From NCBI GenBank assembly GCA_028689055.1, contig JAQTWZ010000001.1:106786-170785 (forward strand): a stretch of DNA of 64,000 nt, in the 5' to 3' direction. The translations under genes were made by a program, and so were the position numbers. Origin of the DNA: Sulfurimonas sp. Lineage in GTDB: Bacteria > Campylobacterota > Campylobacteria > Campylobacterales > Sulfurimonadaceae. Positions 58,068-64,000 of this stretch are shown piece by piece (position 1 is the stretch's first letter; every line of letters begins with the position of its first letter). The notes beneath the pieces were generated by a model that was given only the letters and a program-made list of their open reading frames with translations, did no database searches and was not told where the DNA came from.

Positions 58068-59270
58068 GTGCAAAATAGTTACCAAGAGAGTTTAGATATC
58101 AGCAAACAACTTGAGAAAGAAGGCAAAAAAGTCGAGATAAAAAAATGGCTGATTGTTGCAATTATATTTGTAGGCATGATAGCTTTGGGCGCTTATTTTA
58201 TGACAACAGCTGGTAAAAATGAAAAAATCAAATATCTTACAGCAGCGATAGAAAAAAAAGACCTCCTTGTCAAAGTCTCCGCAACTGGAAATATAGAACC
58301 GACAAACACCGTGGATGTGGGAATAGAAGTATCAGGAACAATCATCGAAGTCGGTGCGGATTTTAATCAACAAGTCAAAAGAGGAGATATCCTCGCTCGC
58401 CTTGATACTACGAAACTTGAATCAAAAGTAAAAAATTCACAAGCAGCTCTTCTTGTAGCAAAAGCCAATTTTTTAGAGAAAAAAATATCACTTGAAGATA
58501 CAAGAAACGAGCTAGAGCGTGGTAAAACTACATATAAATCTACAAGCGGAAAATATCCTTCAGATAAAGATCTTGATGCCCTTACAAACAATCATGAAAG
58601 AGCACTTGCAAATTATGCTGCTTCAGAAGCGGGTGTGACGCAAGTTCGTGCACAACTCAAATCCGACGAAGATGATCTCAAAAAAGCTGTTGTGAAATCA
58701 CCTATAAATGGAATAGTGCTAGATAAAAAGGTAGAAGTTGGACAGAGTGTTGTTTCCGTTATGCAAATACCTGTGCTGTTTACTCTTGCTGAAGATCTGA
58801 GTAAGATGCAGGTAGTTTTGAGCGTAGATGAAGCAGATATCGGGCAGGTTGCTGAGGGTCAGAATGTTGAGTTTTTCGTAGATGCATACCCACATGAGCA
58901 GTTCCAAGGAAAGATAACACAGGTAAGGCTCAATTCTATCATAGTCAGTGGAGTTGTTACATACGCAACGGTCGTTGCTGTAGATAATCCGCGTTTACTT
59001 TTAAAACCGGGCATGACGACAAGTGCGGATATCGTGACTGAAGTGGTGAAAAATAGGCTTAGTGTACCAAACAGTGCGCTGCGTTTTACGCCAAAAGATG
59101 AAAAAAAAGATGAAAAAAATCAGGGCAAACAGGTATGGATTTTAGAAAATAATCTGCCTAAAAGTCTAAGTGTGGCAGCTCAAAAAAGTGACGGCATATT
59201 TACAGCCATATCAGGTGAAGGCATCAAAGAAGGTATGCAAGTTATCATAGGTACACAAAAAGAACAATAA
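58068..59270 (+). CDS. MacA-like periplasmic adaptor (HlyD family) of an ABC efflux system
   Basis: GTG start, TM anchor, long coiled-coil hairpin and beta-barrel domain. It is followed by an ABC ATPase and an FtsX-type permease. Confidence 0.8.
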   Translation: MQNSYQESLDISKQLEKEGKKVEIKKWLIVAIIFVGMIALGAYFMTTAGKNEKIKYLTAAIEKKDLLVKVSATGNIEPTNTVDVGIEVSGTIIEVGADFNQQVKRGDILARLDTTKLESKVKNSQAALLVAKANFLEKKISLEDTRNELERGKTTYKSTSGKYPSDKDLDALTNNHERALANYAASEAGVTQVRAQLKSDEDDLKKAVVKSPINGIVLDKKVEVGQSVVSVMQIPVLFTLAEDLSKMQVVLSVDEADIGQVAEGQNVEFFVDAYPHEQFQGKITQVRLNSIIVSGVVTYATVVAVDNPRLLLKPGMTTSADIVTEVVKNRLSVPNSALRFTPKDEKKDEKNQGKQVWILENNLPKSLSVAAQKSDGIFTAISGEGIKEGMQVIIGTQKEQ

Positions 59271-59271
59271 G

Positions 59272-59964
59272 ATGAAAACAAAATCCGCACTCATAGAACT
59301 CAGAGATGTTTCAAAAGTATATGGACACATGAGCACCGCTACATACGCACTCAAAAATGTCAATATAAAGATTCAGCGCGGTGAGTTTATTGCAATCATG
59401 GGCCCAAGCGGCTCTGGAAAATCAACTTGTATGAATATTATCGGCTGTCTTGATTCACCAAGTGATGGCTCATTTTTGTTCGAAGGGCTCAATGTCACAG
59501 GACTCAACCGCAATCAAAGAGCTGTTTTAAGGCGTAACTACCTTGGTTTCGTTTTTCAGGGTTTTAATCTCTTAGGAAGAACATCGGCTTTGGAGAATGT
59601 AGAATTGCCCCTTATTTATAAAGGTGTCAAAGCTTTGGAAAGAAAAGAGATGGCGACAAAGGCACTTGAAATGGTCGGTCTTGCAGATGTGCTAAGCCAT
59701 ACTCCGGGTGAACTTTCGGGCGGACAGCAACAAAGAGTCGCTATTGCTAGAGCAATAGTGACACAGCCTTTGATTTTGCTTGCAGATGAACCGACGGGTA
59801 ATCTTGACAGTAAACGCAGTAGAGAGATCATGGAGCTTCTGAAGAAATTCAATAAAGAAAAAAATATCACAATCATCATGGTCACGCATGAAGAAGAGAT
59901 GGCTTTGTATGCGGATAAAATATTCCGTTTTAAAGACGGTATGATAGTAGAAGGAGAAAAGTGA
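59272..59964 (+). CDS. ABC transporter ATP-binding protein (MacB/LolD-type)
   Basis: GPSGSGKST, LSGGQQQRVAIARA, LLADEPTGNLD. Confidence 0.92.
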   Translation: MKTKSALIELRDVSKVYGHMSTATYALKNVNIKIQRGEFIAIMGPSGSGKSTCMNIIGCLDSPSDGSFLFEGLNVTGLNRNQRAVLRRNYLGFVFQGFNLLGRTSALENVELPLIYKGVKALERKEMATKALEMVGLADVLSHTPGELSGGQQQRVAIARAIVTQPLILLADEPTGNLDSKRSREIMELLKKFNKEKNITIIMVTHEEEMALYADKIFRFKDGMIVEGEK

Positions 59965-61175
59965 TGTTGTGGAACGCTTTTGTGCTTGCACTTAGAGCAA
60001 TTTACCGTAATATGATGCGCTCAATTTTGACAGTACTTGGCGTAGTTATAGGTGTTGCGTCTGTAATAGCTATGGTTTTTTTAGGAGACGGGACGACGGC
60101 TTATATCACGCAAAATATCTCAAAACTCGGAAGTAATATGCTTATCATTCTTCCAGGTCAGGATAAGAGTGGTCCAAGAACTCAAGATACATCTATAAAA
60201 CTTTTTAAGATAGAAGACGTAGAAGCGATTAAACGCGAGATATACGGTATAAAAGCGGTGGCTCCCGGAGCTTCAAAAGGAGTAAACGCAGTCTATAGCA
60301 ATAAAAACTATTCTACCTCTGTTGAGGGAAGAGACAATGATTATTTTATTGTAAAGGATTGGGGATTGGAAGATGGAAGAATTTTTTTGCCAAATGAACT
60401 CAAATCAGGTAAGGCTGTTTGCATCATCGGACAAACCGTAAAGAAAGAGCTTTTTGGTGAGCAAAATGCAATGGGAGCAAATATACGACTTGAGAAATTT
60501 TCATGTCAAATCATAGGAGTTCTTCAAACAAAAGGAGCTTCGACTTTTGGTTTAGATCAGGATAATATCATTCTTGTACCTTTAAAAATGTTTCAAAGGC
60601 GTTTAAGCGGAAACCTTGATATTCCGATGATTCAGGTCTCTGCTCATGATAATATTTCTACAGAAGAAGTAAAAAATAATCTTCTTGAGTTATTCCGTGA
60701 ACGCCGTCGTATTCGACATGGACTTGAAGATGATTTTTATATCAGAGATCTCAAAGATATCATCGAAACTGTTGGTTCTACGACAAAAATGCTGACTCTT
60801 TTACTTGGAGCGGTTGCTGCTATCAGCCTGCTTGTAGGCGGTATAGGAATAATGAATATCATGTTGGTTTCTGTGACGGAGCGCACGAGAGAGATAGGAA
60901 TCAGACTAGCAATCGGAGCATTTGAACGCGAAGTACTACTGCAGTTTTTGGTTGAAGCGATAGTACTGTCATCATTGGGAGGGATAATAGGGATATTTTT
61001 GGGTATTTCTATAGCTTATTTTGCCGCTATGTCCTTTGAGATACCTTTTATCTTTAACAAAGAAATTGTTCTTATAGCATTTTTCTTTTCAACACTAGTT
61101 GGTGTTGTGTTTGGATATTTTCCGGCAAGAAAAGCTGCTAGGCTTGACCCAATTGATGCCCTAAGACATGAATAA
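59961..61175 (+). CDS. ABC transporter permease (MacB periplasmic domain + FtsX)
   Basis: N-terminal TM helix, large periplasmic domain, and a C-terminal FtsX-like 3-TM segment ending ARKAARLDPIDALRHE. Confidence 0.88.
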   Translation: MMLWNAFVLALRAIYRNMMRSILTVLGVVIGVASVIAMVFLGDGTTAYITQNISKLGSNMLIILPGQDKSGPRTQDTSIKLFKIEDVEAIKREIYGIKAVAPGASKGVNAVYSNKNYSTSVEGRDNDYFIVKDWGLEDGRIFLPNELKSGKAVCIIGQTVKKELFGEQNAMGANIRLEKFSCQIIGVLQTKGASTFGLDQDNIILVPLKMFQRRLSGNLDIPMIQVSAHDNISTEEVKNNLLELFRERRRIRHGLEDDFYIRDLKDIIETVGSTTKMLTLLLGAVAAISLLVGGIGIMNIMLVSVTERTREIGIRLAIGAFEREVLLQFLVEAIVLSSLGGIIGIFLGISIAYFAAMSFEIPFIFNKEIVLIAFFFSTLVGVVFGYFPARKAARLDPIDALRHE

Positions 61176-61402
61176 TCTAGTGTTGAGAATACACGAAAGA
61201 GAGCATTACATAGAAAAAATATACAACTTAATAAATCTTTTACATTTATTTATGTATAATCCCAGTCCGCTTTGCTGTTTTAACAAAAAAAGTAAGAGTA
61301 TTTCTATCTCTATATGTAATGTAAAGATAAAAGTATTGGCAAGCCGGTTCAAGTGGTTTGCCTCAAAGCAGCAAAGAAAAAGAAAAATAGAAGGAACTTT
61401 CA

Positions 61403-61516
61403 ATGAAAGTAAGAGCTTCAGTTAAGAAGATGTGTGATGACTGTAAAGTTGTTAAAAGAAAAGGCATTGTTAGAGTAATCTGCAAAGTTAAAAAACATAA
61501 ACAGAGACAAGGATAA
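61403..61516 (+). CDS. rpmJ: 50S ribosomal protein L36
   Basis: Below the track cut-off. My translation: [37 protein letters not shown]. Confidence 0.92.
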   Translation: MKVRASVKKMCDDCKVVKRKGIVRVICKVKKHKQRQG

Positions 61517-61518
61517 TC

Positions 61519-61881
61519 ATGGCTCGTATATCTGGTGTCGATTTACCTAAAAAGAAAAGAGTAGAGTACGGTCTAACGTATATCTATGGTATTGGTCTTC
61601 ATGCTTCTCGTCTAATCCTAGACGCAACAGGCATTGACTATAACAAAAGAGTTTACGAACTCGATGAAGCTGATGTAGCAGCTATTACAAATGAAATCCG
61701 TGAAAACCATATGGTTGAGGGTGATTTACGTAAAAAAGTAGCTATGGATATTAAGGCACTTATGGATTTAGGTTCATACAGAGGTCTCCGTCACCGTCGT
61801 GGTCTTCCATGCCGTGGTCAAAAAACTAAGACAAATGCGCGTACTCGTAAGGGTAAACGTAAAACTGTCGGCGCAGCGTAA
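61519..61881 (+). CDS. rpsM: 30S ribosomal protein S13
   Basis: [26 protein letters not shown]. Confidence 0.97.
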   Translation: MARISGVDLPKKKRVEYGLTYIYGIGLHASRLILDATGIDYNKRVYELDEADVAAITNEIRENHMVEGDLRKKVAMDIKALMDLGSYRGLRHRRGLPCRGQKTKTNARTRKGKRKTVGAA

Positions 61882-61891
61882 GGATTAGCAG

Positions 61892-62284
61892 ATGGCAAAA
61901 AGAAAAGCTGTTAGAAAAAAAGTAGTAAAGAAAAATATTGCACGCGGTATAGTTCATATCTCTGCTTCATTTAACAATACACTTGTAACAATTACAGATG
62001 AAATGGGCAACATGATTGCTTGGAGTTCTGCTGGAAGTTTAGGCTTCAAAGGTAGTAAAAAATCTACTCCATTCGCGGCTCAGGCAGCAGTTGAAGATGC
62101 GGTAGCAAAAGCTCAAGTGCATGGTATAAAAGAACTTGGTATTAAAGTTCAAGGTCCTGGTTCAGGTCGTGAAACAGCAACTAAAGCTGTAGGTGCTATC
62201 GAAGGTATCCGCGTTACGTTTATGAAAGACGTTACTGCATTACCACACAACGGTTGTCGCGCACCTAAGCGTCGTAGAGTTTAA
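61892..62284 (+). CDS. rpsK: 30S ribosomal protein S11
   Basis: [18 protein letters not shown]...[13 protein letters not shown]. Confidence 0.97.
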   Translation: MAKRKAVRKKVVKKNIARGIVHISASFNNTLVTITDEMGNMIAWSSAGSLGFKGSKKSTPFAAQAAVEDAVAKAQVHGIKELGIKVQGPGSGRETATKAVGAIEGIRVTFMKDVTALPHNGCRAPKRRRV

Positions 62285-62295
62285 GGAGATTACTG

Positions 62296-62922
62296 ATGGC
62301 AAGATATAGAGGTCCAGTAGAAAAAATCGAAAGAAGATTTGGTGTTAGTCTTAACCTTAAAGGTGAGCGTCGTTTAGCAGGGAAATCTGCATTAGACAAA
62401 CGTCCTTATGCTCCAGGTCAACACGGTCAACGTCGTAAAAAAGTATCTGAGTATGGTTTACAGTTAAATGAAAAGCAAAAAGCGAAATTCATGTATGGTG
62501 TTTCTGAGAAACAATTCCGTGCTATATTCGTTGAAGCTAAGCGTCGTGAAGGTAATACAGGTACAAACCTTGTAACACTTATCGAACAAAGATTAGACAA
62601 TGTTGTTTACAGAATGGGATTTGCATCGACGCGTCGTTTTGCTCGCCAACTTGTAACTCATGGTCACATCTTAGTAGATGGTAAAAAATTGGATATTCCT
62701 TCTTACCGTGTACAACCTGGTCAAAAAGTTGAAGTTCGTGAATCAAGCAAGAAAAATGCTCAGATCACACGTGCTATTGAATTAACTAACCAAACAGGTA
62801 TAGCTCCATGGGTTGATATCGATGCTGATAAAGTATTTGGTATCTTTACTCGTTTACCAGAGCGTGAAGAAGTTGTTATTCCAGTAGAAGAACGTTTAAT
62901 CGTTGAGCTTTACTCGAAATAA
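62296..62922 (+). CDS. rpsD: 30S ribosomal protein S4
   Basis: [19 protein letters not shown]. Confidence 0.97.
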   Translation: MARYRGPVEKIERRFGVSLNLKGERRLAGKSALDKRPYAPGQHGQRRKKVSEYGLQLNEKQKAKFMYGVSEKQFRAIFVEAKRREGNTGTNLVTLIEQRLDNVVYRMGFASTRRFARQLVTHGHILVDGKKLDIPSYRVQPGQKVEVRESSKKNAQITRAIELTNQTGIAPWVDIDADKVFGIFTRLPEREEVVIPVEERLIVELYSK

Positions 62923-62947
62923 TAAATAATATAAAGGGCGTTAAAGA

Positions 62948-63940
62948 ATGAAAAAAATTAAAACTACTCCACTTGCTCCTAAAGAATTTGAGGTAGAACA
63001 GATTAGTGAGAATGAAGCTAATATAATGGCATACCCTTTTGAAACAGGGTATGCTATATCATTAGCACATCCACTTCGCCGTTTTCTATTAAGTAGCTCA
63101 GTTGGTTATGCACCAATAGCTATAAAAATCGAGGGTGCTAAGCATGAGTTTGACTCTGTTCGTGGTATGCTTGAAGATATTTCAGACTTTATCTTAAATC
63201 TTAAAGAGATTCGCTTTAAATTAAATGGTGATGTTACTGAAGCGGAGATAAATTACTCATTTGCTGGACCATGTACAATCATCGGTTCAGATTTGACAAA
63301 TGATGAAGTTGAGATTGTAACTCCACATGCTCCACTTGCAACTTTGAATGAAGATGCAACACTTAACTTTACTATAAAAATCGCACAAGGTATAGGATAT
63401 GTACCGAGTGAAGATACTTATACTGAGTTAGAAGATGGATACATAGCATTGGATGCTTATTTTACTCCTGTTCGCAGTGCAACATATAAAATTGAAAATG
63501 TTCTCGTTGAAGATAATCCTAACTTTGAGAGAGTGATTATAAACATAAGAACTGATGGACAAATTTCACCGGTTGATGCGTTTAGAAACTCTTTAGAGGT
63601 TATGTATGCTCAATTAGCAGTATTTAATTCTGAAATCAGCATCAAATCTCCTGCTACTATAGAGAGAGTTGAAGAAAATCCTGATGTGAAAAAATTATCT
63701 ACGAACATTGATAGTTTAGGACTAAGCGCGAGAAGTTTTAATTGCCTTGACCGCTCAAATATTAAACTTATAGGTGAAATAGCATTGATGAGTATTAATG
63801 ACTTAAAAAATGTAAAAAACCTTGGCAAAAAATCATATGATGAGATCGTAGAAAAAGTGCAAGAGTATGGTTTTGCAGTTGGTGGCGATCTTGCAGATGA
63901 CGTAGTTGCTGCATTAAAAAAGAAAATAGAAGCTTTATAA
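62948..63940 (+). CDS. rpoA: DNA-directed RNA polymerase alpha subunit
   Basis: 330 aa, located after rpsD. C-terminal domain [22 protein letters not shown]. Confidence 0.96.
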   Translation: MKKIKTTPLAPKEFEVEQISENEANIMAYPFETGYAISLAHPLRRFLLSSSVGYAPIAIKIEGAKHEFDSVRGMLEDISDFILNLKEIRFKLNGDVTEAEINYSFAGPCTIIGSDLTNDEVEIVTPHAPLATLNEDATLNFTIKIAQGIGYVPSEDTYTELEDGYIALDAYFTPVRSATYKIENVLVEDNPNFERVIINIRTDGQISPVDAFRNSLEVMYAQLAVFNSEISIKSPATIERVEENPDVKKLSTNIDSLGLSARSFNCLDRSNIKLIGEIALMSINDLKNVKNLGKKSYDEIVEKVQEYGFAVGGDLADDVVAALKKKIEAL

Positions 63941-63960
63941 GCTAAATAGAGGAATAACAG

Positions 63961-64000
63961 ATGAGACATCGTCATGGATACCGTAAACTAGGTCGTACAA
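63961..64000 (+). CDS. rplQ: 50S ribosomal protein L17 (5' end only; runs off the window)
   Basis: MRHRHGYRKLGRT... Confidence 0.9.
   Translation, partial: MRHRHGYRKLGRT

Noticed and set aside
1-64000. Looked for CRISPR arrays, tRNA, rRNA and tmRNA genes, and retron-like msr/msd structures next to the RT.
   Set aside because: I saw no regularly spaced direct repeats with unique spacers and no cloverleaf-like GC-rich segments in the intergenic regions. The RT gene has no flanking non-coding DNA. This was a visual scan only; tRNAscan-SE, Infernal and CRISPR finders should confirm it.

Overview
This window reads as chromosome from a low-GC Campylobacterota-like bacterium. That assignment is my inference from three things: an S10-spc-alpha ribosomal cluster without L30, a futalosine-pathway MqnA-like gene, and AT-rich codon usage. 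It has three blocks. (1) 1-5.4 kb holds a minus-strand PadR -> RND adaptor -> RND pump -> MipA/OmpV efflux operon. (2) About 5.4-31 kb is an accessory island. It carries a type I R-M operon (hsdM-hsdS ... hsdR-DUF45 peptidase) with three embedded non-R-M genes: a 973-aa reverse transcriptase fused to a C-N hydrolase (nitrilase) domain, a 598-aa GHKL ATPase with a C-terminal PD-(D/E)xK (Shedu/DUF4263-like) nuclease motif, and an AlbA_2/COG2865-type protein. These genes are chained by ATGA start/stop overlaps. The island also has a ParA + small-protein module with TATATACTT iterons, a cI/Cro-like divergent switch, five copies of a small membrane-protein family, a HipBA toxin-antitoxin pair flanked by a perfect 20-bp direct repeat, and a tyrosine integrase with an AAA ATPase. 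(3) 31-64 kb is core genome: malic enzyme, c-di-GMP enzymes, cytochrome c peroxidase, MqnA, moaD/moaE/moeA, rnhB, and rpsJ through infA. An 11-kb block (chorismate mutase, trpB, TehA-like, GGDEF, MacAB-like) then separates infA from rpmJ-rpsM-rpsK-rpsD-rpoA-rplQ. The best candidate for a novel system is the AT-rich RT-nitrilase + GHKL-nuclease gene pair inside the hsd operon. I saw no tRNA, rRNA or CRISPR array. All calls come from reading motifs by eye; no database search was possible.
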